Shown one piece after another: positions 1 through 9,185 of a stretch of 64,000 bases of DNA (position 1 is its first letter; each line of letters begins with the position of its first letter). Made by a program: the position numbers and the translations under genes. Origin of the DNA: Oscillospiraceae bacterium. Lineage in GTDB: Bacteria; Bacillota; Clostridia; Oscillospirales; UBA929. The notes under the pieces are model-generated. The model was not told the origin of the DNA, did no database searches, and saw nothing but the letters and a program-made list of their open reading frames with translations. The DNA lies in NCBI GenBank assembly GCA_031253545.1, contig JAIRWH010000068.1, positions 16,165 through 80,164 of the forward strand, written 5' to 3'.

Positions 1-100
1 TCACGTCGTCCACGGCTTTCACAAAGCGCTTCTTGCCCGCCGGGAAATACTGCTTTATGTTTTTCGCCTCCACCAAGGGAAACGCGCCCTTTTCGCTCAC
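1..100 (-). CDS. oppF: oligopeptide/dipeptide ABC transporter ATP-binding protein, N-terminal fragment (gene runs off the left edge)
   Basis: Reverse-strand reading from GTG at 98-100 gives VSEKGAFPLVEAKNIKQYFPAGKKRFVKAVDDV, a typical OppF/DppF N-terminus. GTGA start/stop overlap with oppD stop (97-99). Confidence 0.6.
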   Translation of the reverse strand, partial: MSEKGAFPLVEAKNIKQYFPAGKKRFVKAVDDV

Positions 101-1104
101 GGAGCCGCCACCCCCTCGCCGTCGCTCGCCGCGCGGTTTTTCAGCGTCAGCCAGCAGGAACTGTAATGCGCGTCGGACAGGTATGTCACGGGCGGCCTTT
201 GCCGCAGGCAGATTTTCATGCAGCTTTGGCAGCGCGGGGCAAACGGGCACCCGTCCGGCAGGTTGAGCACATCGGCGGGCACTCCGGGTATAGGCTGCAG
301 CCGCTCGTGCGCGCGCGCGTTGATTTTCGGTATGCTTTGCAGCAGCCCTTTGGTATATTCGTGGCCGGGGTTGTAGAATATATCGTGCGCGCTGCCGTAT
401 TCCACCACGCTCCCGGCATACATCACGGCGATTTTCCCGCACACCGACGCCACCACGCCGAGGTCGTGGGTGATAACGATAATGGACATACCGTGCTTCT
501 TTTGCAAGCTCATCATCAGCTCCAATATCTGCGCCTGTATGGTCACGTCGAGCGCCGTGGTGGGCTCGTCGGCAATCAGCAACTTCGGCTCGCAGGCAAG
601 CGCCATGGCTATCATCACCCTCTGCCGCATGCCGCCGGACAGCTCGTGGGGGTATTGGCGCAACCTGCGTTCCGGCTCGTTTATGCCCACCTCGCGCAAA
701 AGCCGCAACGCCTTTTCGCGGGCTTCGCGGCGCGTTGCCTTCGTGTGGAGCAGCAGCACCTCGCAGATTTGGTTGCCCACGGTATACAGCGGGTTGAGGC
801 TTGTCATGGGGTCTTGGAACACCATGCCAATCTCGTTGCCGCGCAAACGCCGCATGGCCTTTTCGGGCAAGGTGGAAATCTGCCTGCCGTCAAACACCAC
901 GCTGCCGCCCACAAGCCTGCCCGGTTCGGCTATCAACCCCACCACGGAGTAAGCCGTAACGGACTTGCCGGAGCCGGATTCGCCCACAATTCCCAGCACC
1001 TCGCCGTGCTTCATGGCGAGCGACACGTCGTTTACGGCCTTCACCTGCCCGGCGTGGGTGAAGAAGGTCACATATTCGTTTTTCAGCTCCAGCAGGTAAC
1101 TCAT
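97..1104 (-). CDS. oppD: oligopeptide ABC transporter ATP-binding protein
   Basis: Track ORF 97..1131 trimmed to MSYLLELKNEY (ATG at 1104, GGAGGG SD 6 nt upstream). Walker A GESGSGKS, LSGGMRQR signature and the C-terminal oligopeptide-type extension with Cys residues are present. Confidence 0.85.
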   Translation of the reverse strand: MSYLLELKNEYVTFFTHAGQVKAVNDVSLAMKHGEVLGIVGESGSGKSVTAYSVVGLIAEPGRLVGGSVVFDGRQISTLPEKAMRRLRGNEIGMVFQDPMTSLNPLYTVGNQICEVLLLHTKATRREAREKALRLLREVGINEPERRLRQYPHELSGGMRQRVMIAMALACEPKLLIADEPTTALDVTIQAQILELMMSLQKKHGMSIIVITHDLGVVASVCGKIAVMYAGSVVEYGSAHDIFYNPGHEYTKGLLQSIPKINARAHERLQPIPGVPADVLNLPDGCPFAPRCQSCMKICLRQRPPVTYLSDAHYSSCWLTLKNRAASDGEGVAAP

Positions 1105-1181
1105 TATATGCCCTCCGCATCGCGAGTTCAATTTGCCGCGCCCCGTCCGCTAACCGCCGACGACCGACAGCCGGCCCCCGC

Positions 1182-2255
1182 CTAGCCCTTCACGCTGTCG
1201 TGCTTGAGTTTGGGGTCAAACGCGTCGCGCAGGCCGTCGCCGAGCAGGTTAAACGAGAGTATAATGAGGCTTATCATCACGGCGGCGGAAATGAGCCTGT
1301 GCGGGTAGGACCATATGCCGCTCAGGGCGTCGCTTGCCATGCTGCCCAAAGAGGTCATGGGCGCGGCCACCCCCAGACCCAAAAAACTGAGGAAACTCTC
1401 GGTGAATATGGAGGCGGGGATTTGCAGGGTGGTGGTCACGGTGAGCGTGCCGATACAGTTGGTGAGCAAATGCCGCCTAATAATGCGGCCGCTCGACGCG
1501 CCGAGCGCCCTCGCCGCCACCACGAAGTCCTGCTGCTTGAGCGCGAGTATCTGCGAGCGCACAATGCGCGCCATGCCCACCCAGTAGAGCAGCGAAAACA
1601 CGATGAATATACATATCAGCGACACGCCAACCTTCTCTATCCACGCGAACCCCGGCACGTTCGCGGCCAATTTCTTCAGCGGCTCTTTCAGCGTCACTTG
1701 CAGGATAATGATTATAAGTATATCCGGCACGCTGTATATTAAGTCCACAATACGCATCATCACAATGTCCGCGCGCCCGCCGAAATACCCCGCCACAGCG
1801 CCGTACACGGAGCCGATGAGCAGTATGATGGCGCTGGCGATGATGCCCACGAGCAGCGATATGCGGCTGCCCATGAGCAGGCGTATCATGGTGTCCCTGC
1901 CGAGCTGGTCCGTGCCCATAAAATGCGGGAACACGCGCTCGCCGTTTTCCATGCGCGCCTTTTCGGCGTCCGAATGTTGCAAGGGGCGCAGGTTGCCGCT
2001 TTCTTTATCCATCTTGTCGTAAGAATACGGGTAGAAGAAGGGCACCACAAACGCCCCGACAATAAAGACGGCTATCACGGCCAAGCTGACCATGGCGATT
2101 TTGTTGCGCCGCAAGCGCCGCATACCCTCTCCCCAAAAGCCCGCGGAGGGGCGCATTACCGCGAGGCTTTCCCGCTCGGCAATGTCCGCCGGCTCAAAGT
2201 CCGCGGGGTCTATGTTCAGGTGAAACGAGGGGAACGGGTGCTTTTTGCCGTCCAT
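1182..2255 (-). CDS. oppC: oligopeptide ABC transporter permease
   Basis: 357-aa multi-TM protein with a BPD-transporter EAA-like region (ARALGASSGRIIRRHLLTNC). Sits between oppB and oppD. Confidence 0.8.
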   Translation of the reverse strand: MDGKKHPFPSFHLNIDPADFEPADIAERESLAVMRPSAGFWGEGMRRLRRNKIAMVSLAVIAVFIVGAFVVPFFYPYSYDKMDKESGNLRPLQHSDAEKARMENGERVFPHFMGTDQLGRDTMIRLLMGSRISLLVGIIASAIILLIGSVYGAVAGYFGGRADIVMMRIVDLIYSVPDILIIIILQVTLKEPLKKLAANVPGFAWIEKVGVSLICIFIVFSLLYWVGMARIVRSQILALKQQDFVVAARALGASSGRIIRRHLLTNCIGTLTVTTTLQIPASIFTESFLSFLGLGVAAPMTSLGSMASDALSGIWSYPHRLISAAVMISLIILSFNLLGDGLRDAFDPKLKHDSVKG

Positions 2256-2264
2256 AAATATCTC

Positions 2265-3176
2265 CTATTTGAAGGTTATGCGCGGGTCCACCAGCCTATA
2301 TACGATGTCCACCGCCACGTTCATCACGATGATGAGCGCGGCGAGGAAGAGCGTGGTGCCCATAATCATGGGGTAGTCGCGGTTGATGATGGAGGACACG
2401 AATTCATTGCCGAGGCCGGGTATGGTGCATATCCGCTCCACCACAAAGCTACCCGTGAGCGTGTAGGCCACGGCGGGGCCGAGGTAGGTGATTACGGGGA
2501 GCACGGAGTTGCGCAGCGCGTGCTTGAAGAGTATAACCGCCTGCGAAAGCCCCTTCGCCTTAGCCGTGCGCATATAGTCCTGCCCCATCACATCGAGCAT
2601 ACTGCTCCGAATAAGGCGGGCGATGTATGACATGGGCAGAAACGCCAAAGCCGCCACGGGGATAATGTAGTGGGCGGGGGTAGCTAAGCCGAAGGTCACA
2701 TTGTTTTTCACGCCGAATGTCACAAGGAGCAGCGAGGCCGTGATGAAACTGGGCACGGATATGCCCGTGGTGGCCGCCACCAAGATAAGGTTATCCTGCC
2801 ATTTGCCCCGGCACAGCGCCGCGATACTGCCGAGCGGCACACCGAGCAGCACGGCCACGGCGATGGCTATGGCGCCGAGCTTTGCGGACACGGGAAAGCC
2901 CGCGGCGATTATCTCCGCCACAGTGCGCCCGCGCTTCTTGATGCTCGGGCCGAGGTCGCCCCGCAAAACGCCCTTCATGTAGGTGAAATACTGCTCCACG
3001 GGGTGCTTGTCCAAACCGTATTTGGCTTCGAGCGCCGCCGTGACGGCGGCGGAGGGAGCTTTTTCCGCGAGAAACGGGCCTCCCGGCACGAACTTCATCA
3101 ACGCGAAGGTGATGACGGATATGCCCAGCATGGTGATGACCGCCGCCAGAACCCGCTTGCAGATATATTTGACCAT
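2265..3176 (-). CDS. oppB: oligopeptide ABC transporter permease
   Basis: N-terminus MVKYICKRVLAAVITMLGISVITFALMKFVPGGPF is the canonical OppB/DppB start. Also has DYMRTAKAKGLS. Confidence 0.85.
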   Translation of the reverse strand: MVKYICKRVLAAVITMLGISVITFALMKFVPGGPFLAEKAPSAAVTAALEAKYGLDKHPVEQYFTYMKGVLRGDLGPSIKKRGRTVAEIIAAGFPVSAKLGAIAIAVAVLLGVPLGSIAALCRGKWQDNLILVAATTGISVPSFITASLLLVTFGVKNNVTFGLATPAHYIIPVAALAFLPMSYIARLIRSSMLDVMGQDYMRTAKAKGLSQAVILFKHALRNSVLPVITYLGPAVAYTLTGSFVVERICTIPGLGNEFVSSIINRDYPMIMGTTLFLAALIIVMNVAVDIVYRLVDPRITFK

Positions 3177-3406
3177 TACTCCGTTGCCTTTCCCCGCCGA
3201 CTCGCGGCATTACCGCGGAAACAAACGGCGGCAATCTCCCTTGCCTCTCCCCTTACGGGGAGGGACACACCCCCGCCCCGTCGCGACGGTTGTCTTCGGG
3301 GGTATATCCGCGCGACGACTGTGATATTCTATCATATAAATCCGCAAAGAGCAACCCGCCCGGGCGAAAATCCGCGGCAAACGCAAAACCGGCCTCGCGG
3401 CAAGCG

Positions 3407-3958
3407 TCACAGCAGCGCCTTGTCCACCTTCAGCCTGCAAAGCAGCATTGCCGCCACATAGGTAATAATCATCTCCGGGAGCATGTAGGCGGCGTTGTAT
3501 GTCAGCGAATAGGCAAGCGGCGAAAAACCGTCCCAGGCGTATGAGCCCCACAAGACCACGCCGCCCGCCGAGTGGCATATATAGCGCAGGCCGAGGCAGA
3601 CGGGCACGGAGTAAACAAGCCCGCTGTCTTTGCCGTGAAAGAACCCGGACAGGCCGAGTACGCCGAAGGCTATGATATAGTCGAGCAAGAGCATTATGAC
3701 AAAAGCCTCCGGTGTGCCCGCCGGAGGAGGGTACAGCCCGCCTTGCAGCATTTGCAGCCCGCTGTACACCAGGGCGGCGCCCACGCCCCAACGCCACCCG
3801 CGCCGCACGCCGAGCAGCAGGAGCGGCAGCATGGAAGCCGCCGTAATCGCGCCGCCCTGCGGGAAGCGGAAAAACTTGATGTAACTGAGCGCGAAGGCCA
3901 TGGCCACGAGCATGGCGCTTTCCACCAAGGAGAGCAGGGCCGTGTTGCGACGTTTCAT
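3407..3958 (-). CDS. thiT: thiamine transporter, ECF S-component ThiT/YuaJ family
   Basis: 183-aa 6-TM protein with PQGGAIT, LLDYIIAFGVLGLSG and YSLTYNAAYMLPE motifs, as in B. subtilis YuaJ (from memory). Directly preceded by a TPP riboswitch. Confidence 0.8.
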   Translation of the reverse strand: MKRRNTALLSLVESAMLVAMAFALSYIKFFRFPQGGAITAASMLPLLLLGVRRGWRWGVGAALVYSGLQMLQGGLYPPPAGTPEAFVIMLLLDYIIAFGVLGLSGFFHGKDSGLVYSVPVCLGLRYICHSAGGVVLWGSYAWDGFSPLAYSLTYNAAYMLPEMIITYVAAMLLCRLKVDKALL

Positions 3959-3999
3959 GGGGAAACACTCCTTCCGTAACGGACGGGGTCACCCCTTGT

Positions 4000-4103
4000 T
4001 TTTCTCCCTACGCCCGCATTACCGGGGTCAGGTTCCAAGGGTTCGCGGCGGCGTTACGCCGCGTCTCAGCCGGTTTGCTCCGGCACCCCGCGTTATCCGA
4101 TTT
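4000..4103 (-). promoter_or_regulatory. TPP (THI-box) riboswitch in the thiT leader
   Basis: Reverse strand reads GGGGUGCCGGAGCAAACCGGCUGAGA...ACCCUUGGAACCUGACCCCGGUAAUGCGGGCGUAGGGA. This matches the conserved THI element blocks (GGGGUGC, GCUGAGA, ACCC, AACCUGA, GGUAAU, CGUAGGGA). Confidence 0.85.
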
Positions 4104-4109
4104 GCGCTG

Positions 4110-4138
4110 ATTGTAACACTGTTTCGCGCGGTTGTCAA
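4110..4138 (-). promoter_or_regulatory. sigma-A type promoter for riboswitch-thiT
   Basis: Reverse strand TTGACA (4133-4138), 17-bp spacer, TACAAT (4110-4115). Confidence 0.55.
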
Positions 4139-4201
4139 GCAAGGCGCCCGGCGAAAACCCGCGCCGGAAGATAATCCTTCGTTTCGCCCCGCGGCGCGTG
4201 T

Positions 4202-4300
4202 TTAGTAGTTAGTTGTTAGTGGTTAGTGATTAGGGGTTAGGGGGCGGGGGTTGCCAAGCCGGGCGGAAGGGGGCGGTACCCTTTGGGTTGGCGGGCTTTT
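4202..4300. repeat. intergenic modular repeat copy (inverted orientation): GGTTAGT heptamer array plus GC-rich module
   Basis: ttagtagttagttgttagtggttagtgattaggggttaggggg has TAG every 7 nt, followed by gggggcgggggttgcc...gggcgg. It is the reverse complement of the ACTAACC arrays seen at 11952, 55826 and 58352. Confidence 0.7.
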
Positions 4301-4343
4301 TGCGGTAAGCGCGCGTTTGCCGTGCGCCCGCAGCGCGCGCGTA

Positions 4344-4372
4344 TTGACAGCGGACGCTTTTTTTGTTATAAT
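4344..4372 (+). promoter_or_regulatory. sigma-A type promoter for serC-serA
   Basis: TTGACA (4344-4349), 17-bp spacer, TGtTATAAT extended -10 (4367-4372). Confidence 0.6.
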
Positions 4373-4402
4373 GGCAGGGATTTTGCGGGAAGGCGGTATG
4401 TT

Positions 4403-5476
4403 ATGAGCAGGGTTTACAATTTCTCGGCGGGGCCGGCCGTGATGCCGGAGGAAGTGCTCGCGCGCGCGGCGGCGGAGATGAGCGACTACAAGGGCACGGG
4501 CATGAGCGTGATGGAGATGAGCCACCGCAGCGCGGCGTTTGAGGAGATTATCGCCGCCGCAGAGGCGAAGCTGCGCGCGCTCATGCGTGTGCCGGACGGC
4601 TACAAGGTGCTCTTCATTCAGGGCGGGGCGCATTTGCAGTTTTCAATGGTGGCCATGAACCTCCTCGGCCGCACGGGCAAGGCCGACTACGCCGTTACGG
4701 GGCAGTTTTCGTCCGTGGCCTACAAGGAGGCGCAAAAGTTCGGCGCGGTACGCGCCTGCTGCGATATGTCCTCCGTCAACCACACGCGCATACCGGAGCA
4801 GGGCGAGCTTTCGCTGAGCGGCGATGCCTCGTATATGCACTACTGCATGAACAACACCGTGTTCGGCACATTGTGGCCGTATATACCCGACACGGGCACC
4901 GTGCCGCTCGTGAGCGACATATCCTCGTGCATACTCTCCGAGCCGCTCGACGTGAGCCGCTTCGCGCTGCTCTACGCGGGCGCGCAGAAGAACTTGGGGC
5001 CGGCGGGCTTTGCCGTGGTCATCCTGCGAGAGGACATGCTCGCGCCGATTTCCGCGCCGCTGCCCACATACTTAGACTACGCCACGCACATCAAGAGCGG
5101 CAGCATGTATAACACCCCGCCCACTTACTGCCTCTATATGCTCGGTTTGGTGCTCGACTGGCTGCGCGACCGGGGCGGGCCGGAGGCAATGCGCGAGCGC
5201 AACGAAAAAAAGGCCGCCGAATTGTACGCCGCCTTAGACGGTTCGGAGCTGTTTACTTGCCCCGTGGAGCGCGGCAGCCGCTCCAAGATGAACGTGGTGT
5301 TCACCTCCGGCAACGCCGACACAGACGACAAGTTCATCAGGCAGGCCGCCGGCGAGGGGCTTGTCACGCTGCGCGGCCACAGGAGCGTGGGGGGCATGAG
5401 GGCCTCGATTTATAACGCCATGCCCGCCGAGGGCGTGAGCGCGTTGGCGGACTTCATACGCCGCTTTGAGGGGTAG
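4403..5476 (+). CDS. serC: phosphoserine aminotransferase
   Basis: Track ORF trimmed to MSRVYNFSAGPAVMPEEVL, the canonical SerC start. About 357 aa. Followed by serA. Confidence 0.9.
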   Translation: MSRVYNFSAGPAVMPEEVLARAAAEMSDYKGTGMSVMEMSHRSAAFEEIIAAAEAKLRALMRVPDGYKVLFIQGGAHLQFSMVAMNLLGRTGKADYAVTGQFSSVAYKEAQKFGAVRACCDMSSVNHTRIPEQGELSLSGDASYMHYCMNNTVFGTLWPYIPDTGTVPLVSDISSCILSEPLDVSRFALLYAGAQKNLGPAGFAVVILREDMLAPISAPLPTYLDYATHIKSGSMYNTPPTYCLYMLGLVLDWLRDRGGPEAMRERNEKKAAELYAALDGSELFTCPVERGSRSKMNVVFTSGNADTDDKFIRQAAGEGLVTLRGHRSVGGMRASIYNAMPAEGVSALADFIRRFEG

Positions 5477-5484
5477 GCGCGAAA

Positions 5485-6636
5485 ATGTATAATATCAAGA
5501 CGCTGAACAAAATTGCCGCCGTGGGGCTGGGTGCCCTGCCGCGCGACAGCTTCACCGTGGATGCCGACGCGCCCGCCGATGCCGTGCTCGTGCGAAGCGC
5601 GTCCATGCACGGGCAGCCGCTGCCGCCTTCGCTGCTGTGCGTGGCGCGGGCGGGGGCGGGGGTGAACAACATACCCGTGGAGCTATGCAGCGAACAGGGA
5701 GTGGTGGTGTTTAACACCCCCGGCGCAAACGCCAACGCCGTGAAGGAACTGACGCTCTGCGCCCTGTTGCTCGCCTCGCGCGACATAGCGGGCGGCCTCG
5801 CGTGGGCGGCCACGCTCAAAGGCAAGGGCGCGGAGGTGCCCGCGCTGGTGGAGAAAGGCAAGGGCGCGTTTGCCGGGCCGGAGCTGTATAAAAAGACGCT
5901 GGGCGTGGTGGGTTTGGGGGCCACGGGCGCGCTTGTGGCCAACGCGGCGCTCGCGCTGGGCATGAAGGTAATCGGCCACGACCCGTACCTGTCCGTGGAG
6001 TCCGCCTGGCGCGTGGACAGGCACATCGAAAACTGCCCGGACTATAAGAGCGTGTTTGAGCGCGGCGACTACATCACCCTGCACGCGCCCGCCACGGCGG
6101 AGACCAAGGGGTTGATTTGCGCCGCCGCAATCGCGCAGATGAAAGACGGCGTGAGGCTCATCAACATCGCGCGCGGCGACCTTGTGAACGAAACCGACCT
6201 GCTCGCCGCTCTGGCGAGCGGCAAGGTGGCGCGCTATGTCACGGACTTTCCGGGCGACGCGCTGCTCGGCGAGAAAAACGTGGTGGCGCTGCCGCATTTG
6301 GGCGCGTCCACGCCGGAGAGTGAAGACAACTGCGCCGTCATGGCCTGCGAACAGGTGAAGAACTATTTGCTGTACGGCGCGGTGAAGAACTCGGTGAACC
6401 TGCCGGATATAGACCAACCGCTCGCTTCCGGCCACAGGCTCTGCGTGCTGCACCGCAATATACCGAACATGCTCGGCACCGTATCCTCCGCCCTTGCCGC
6501 CGAGGGCATAAACATCGAGAACATGGTGTCTAAGTCTAAAAAAGACTACGCGTACACCGTGCTGGACATAGACGGCCACCCCGCGGCACCCATAAAGGCA
6601 GAGGGTATTATCAGGGTACGTCACCTGAAGATATAG
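5485..6636 (+). CDS. serA: D-3-phosphoglycerate dehydrogenase with C-terminal ACT domain
   Basis: 2-hydroxyacid dehydrogenase fold (GVVGLGATG NAD site, HLGASTPESE). C-terminal ACT-like segment (LCVLHRNIPNMLGTVSSALAAEGINIENM). Confidence 0.85.
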   Translation: MYNIKTLNKIAAVGLGALPRDSFTVDADAPADAVLVRSASMHGQPLPPSLLCVARAGAGVNNIPVELCSEQGVVVFNTPGANANAVKELTLCALLLASRDIAGGLAWAATLKGKGAEVPALVEKGKGAFAGPELYKKTLGVVGLGATGALVANAALALGMKVIGHDPYLSVESAWRVDRHIENCPDYKSVFERGDYITLHAPATAETKGLICAAAIAQMKDGVRLINIARGDLVNETDLLAALASGKVARYVTDFPGDALLGEKNVVALPHLGASTPESEDNCAVMACEQVKNYLLYGAVKNSVNLPDIDQPLASGHRLCVLHRNIPNMLGTVSSALAAEGINIENMVSKSKKDYAYTVLDIDGHPAAPIKAEGIIRVRHLKI

Positions 6637-6638
6637 CC

Positions 6639-7202
6639 ATGCGCGGGGCGGCGGTGTTGGTTTTGTGCGCGGCGCTCCTAACCTCCTGCGCCGAAGGCTC
6701 GAAGGTGGTGGTACACCCGCGCCGCAAGAACCTCACGTTGGGCATATCCTCCGTCACCGCCGCGCAGCTTTCGGCGGAGACGGAGCGGGAGAACGCGCGG
6801 CTTTCGTGGTCCTCTTCCGACCCGGACGTGGCCACCGTGGACGGGCAGGGCTTTGTGACCGCCGTGGGCTACGGCGTCACGCGCGTCACGGCGGCGGAGC
6901 CGGAGGGCGGCGGGCGCGGCGTGTGCACCGTGAAGGTATACACTTTGCCGCAGTCAATCACGCTGCGCGGGAGCGACAAAGCGTTGCGCGCGGGGCGCAA
7001 ACTGAGCTTGCAGGCGCGCTTGGAGCCGGGCGCGCATATACAAAAGCAGCACCGCTCGCTCACATGGTCCTCCTCCGACTCCGATGTGGCCATTGTGGAC
7101 TCATTCGGGCGCGTCACGGCCGTGGGCGCGGGCGTATGCGACATCACGGCGGTGACCGTAAACGGCCTTGAAGCCACCCGCACCGTGGAGGTAACGGACT
7201 GA
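6639..7202 (+). CDS. lipoprotein with two bacterial Ig-like (Big_2) domains
   Basis: Lipobox LLTSC after a signal peptide. Two repeats of the type SWSSSDPDVATVDGQGFVTAVGYGVTRVTA / TWSSSDSDVAIVDSFGRVTAVGAGVCDITA. Confidence 0.7.
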   Translation: MRGAAVLVLCAALLTSCAEGSKVVVHPRRKNLTLGISSVTAAQLSAETERENARLSWSSSDPDVATVDGQGFVTAVGYGVTRVTAAEPEGGGRGVCTVKVYTLPQSITLRGSDKALRAGRKLSLQARLEPGAHIQKQHRSLTWSSSDSDVAIVDSFGRVTAVGAGVCDITAVTVNGLEATRTVEVTD

Positions 7203-7203
7203 C

Positions 7204-7917
7204 ATGAGCTCGTTTGCGCTCAAACTCGCCGCCGCGTGCGCCATGCTCACAGACCACGCCGCCGTCGCGTTTATGCCCTATTTGCCGCCGCACATATATT
7301 GGTCGTGCCGCCTTGTCGGGCGGCTTGCCATGCCCATTTACTGCTGCCTTATCGCGGAGGGTATGCTGAAAACAGGCTCGAAGAAACGCTACCTTACGCG
7401 CTTGGCGGTCTTTGCCGTTGTTTCGGAGATACCCTTCGACCTGATTGTGCGCCGCAGGCTCTGGGACACGACGCATCAAAACGTGCTGTTCACGCTCTTT
7501 TTCGGCTTACTCGGCATCACGTTGTTTGACCGCTTCGCGCAGGGCAACAGGCGAGCGGAGGCGTTGCTTTCGTTGCTTTGCTGCGGCTTTGCGGCGCTCG
7601 CGCTGAAGACGGATTATTCTATCTTCGGCGTGTATTTCGTGTTTGTGTTCTACTTTTCCAAAGGCAGCCCCAAAACCATGACGGCGCTCTTCGTGGCGGG
7701 GGTGCTGTTGCTCTCGTCCGCGTCGCTGCCCGACGGCGGCGTTATGTGGGCGGCGGTGACATTGGGGCACATCGCCGCCCTGCCGCTGCTCTTGCGCCGC
7801 AGCGGCGCTCGCGGCTTTTGGCGGCCGTGGGCGCAATGGGCGTTTTACGTTTTCTACCCCGCGCACTTCCTTCTCTTATACGCCCTGCGCTCCGTGTGGC
7901 ATTACCTCGGAAACTGA
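7204..7917 (+). CDS. TraX family membrane protein
   Basis: 237-aa polytopic protein with FALKLAAACAMLTDHAAVAF and SEIPFDL segments, typical of the TraX family (from memory). Confidence 0.6.
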   Translation: MSSFALKLAAACAMLTDHAAVAFMPYLPPHIYWSCRLVGRLAMPIYCCLIAEGMLKTGSKKRYLTRLAVFAVVSEIPFDLIVRRRLWDTTHQNVLFTLFFGLLGITLFDRFAQGNRRAEALLSLLCCGFAALALKTDYSIFGVYFVFVFYFSKGSPKTMTALFVAGVLLLSSASLPDGGVMWAAVTLGHIAALPLLLRRSGARGFWRPWAQWAFYVFYPAHFLLLYALRSVWHYLGN

Positions 7918-8021
7918 CGGATACGCTTTGCTAAACGCCTCCCTCAGCAGAATCCGGCGGATAGCTGCCGCCCGCCGCTCGCCGAAACCGAATCAACATA
8001 ACGGAAAGGAAGGAACAAATC

Positions 8022-9185
8022 ATGGCCACCGTAACACCGTTTCGCGCGCTGATGTACGACTTTGCCGCCGCGGGGCGGCCGGAGGCGCTCTGCTGCCCGC
8101 CGTATGACATCATACCGAGCGCCGTGCCGTATTTGGCCGCAAGCCCGTATAACATCATACGCTTAGAGAAGCCGGAGGGCGAGCGGGCATACGCCTCGGC
8201 CGCGGGGCTGCTGGCGGGCTGGAAAGCGCGGGGCTTGCTGCGCCGCGCGGAAAAAGACGCTTTCTACGCGTATGAATTGGGCTTTACCCACGCGGGCAAG
8301 GCCAAGAGCACGGCGGGCATATTCGCCGCCGTGGGGCTGCGCGAATACGCCGAGGGCGTAATCCGCCCCCACGAAAACACATTGAGCAAAGCGAAGGCCG
8401 ACCGCTATGAGCTGCTGAAAGCCACGCGCGCGCAAATCTCGCCCGTATACGCCATGTACGGCGGCGAGGCTCCGGCGGCGCTCGCCGCGCTGCGCGGGCG
8501 CGAACGCCCCGCGCTCGACTTTGCCATGCCCGACGGCGTGAGGCACAGGCTTTGGATAATGGACGACCCCGGCGAGTGCGCGGCGGTGGCCGCGTTCTTC
8601 GAGGGCAAGCCGCTCTATATCGCCGACGGGCACCATCGCTACGAGACGGCGCTCAAAGCGCGCGGCGAGCTCGGTTGCAGGCGCTGCCTTATGTTTCTGG
8701 CGGATATGGCGCAGCCGGGGCTTGTAATCCTCCCCACGCACAGGTTGGTGCTCGATAACGGCGCTTTCGATGAATCCGCGCTGCTTAGGTCGCTGGGCGA
8801 AAGATACGATATAGAGAAAGGCGCGCCGCTTGAGGAGCGCTCGTTTGTGCTTATTACGAAAGGCGGCAGGTATCTGTTGCGGTTTAAGGATATGTCCTTC
8901 AACGGATTGGAGGTGGAAGAACTGCATAAGCATATAATGGAGCCGCTGCTGGGCATAGACGCCGCCGTTCAGGCGGCGGGCACGCGCCTTGCGTATACCC
9001 ACGACGAAGGCGAAGCGGCGGAAGCCGTGGCAAGCGGGCGAGCCGTGTGCGCGTTCATCGTCAACCCCACGCGCGCGTCGCAGGTGAAGACCGTGGCCGA
9101 CGGCGGGGGCAAAATGCCGCAGAAGTCCACCTGCTTTTACCCGAAGCTGATTACGGGGCCGGTAATGTATGAGCTCGATAGCTGA
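8022..9185 (+). CDS. DUF1015 domain-containing protein
   Basis: MATVTPFRALMYD...PPYDII...ADGHHRYETAL pattern characteristic of DUF1015 (from memory). Confidence 0.65.
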   Translation: MATVTPFRALMYDFAAAGRPEALCCPPYDIIPSAVPYLAASPYNIIRLEKPEGERAYASAAGLLAGWKARGLLRRAEKDAFYAYELGFTHAGKAKSTAGIFAAVGLREYAEGVIRPHENTLSKAKADRYELLKATRAQISPVYAMYGGEAPAALAALRGRERPALDFAMPDGVRHRLWIMDDPGECAAVAAFFEGKPLYIADGHHRYETALKARGELGCRRCLMFLADMAQPGLVILPTHRLVLDNGAFDESALLRSLGERYDIEKGAPLEERSFVLITKGGRYLLRFKDMSFNGLEVEELHKHIMEPLLGIDAAVQAAGTRLAYTHDEGEAAEAVASGRAVCAFIVNPTRASQVKTVADGGGKMPQKSTCFYPKLITGPVMYELDS

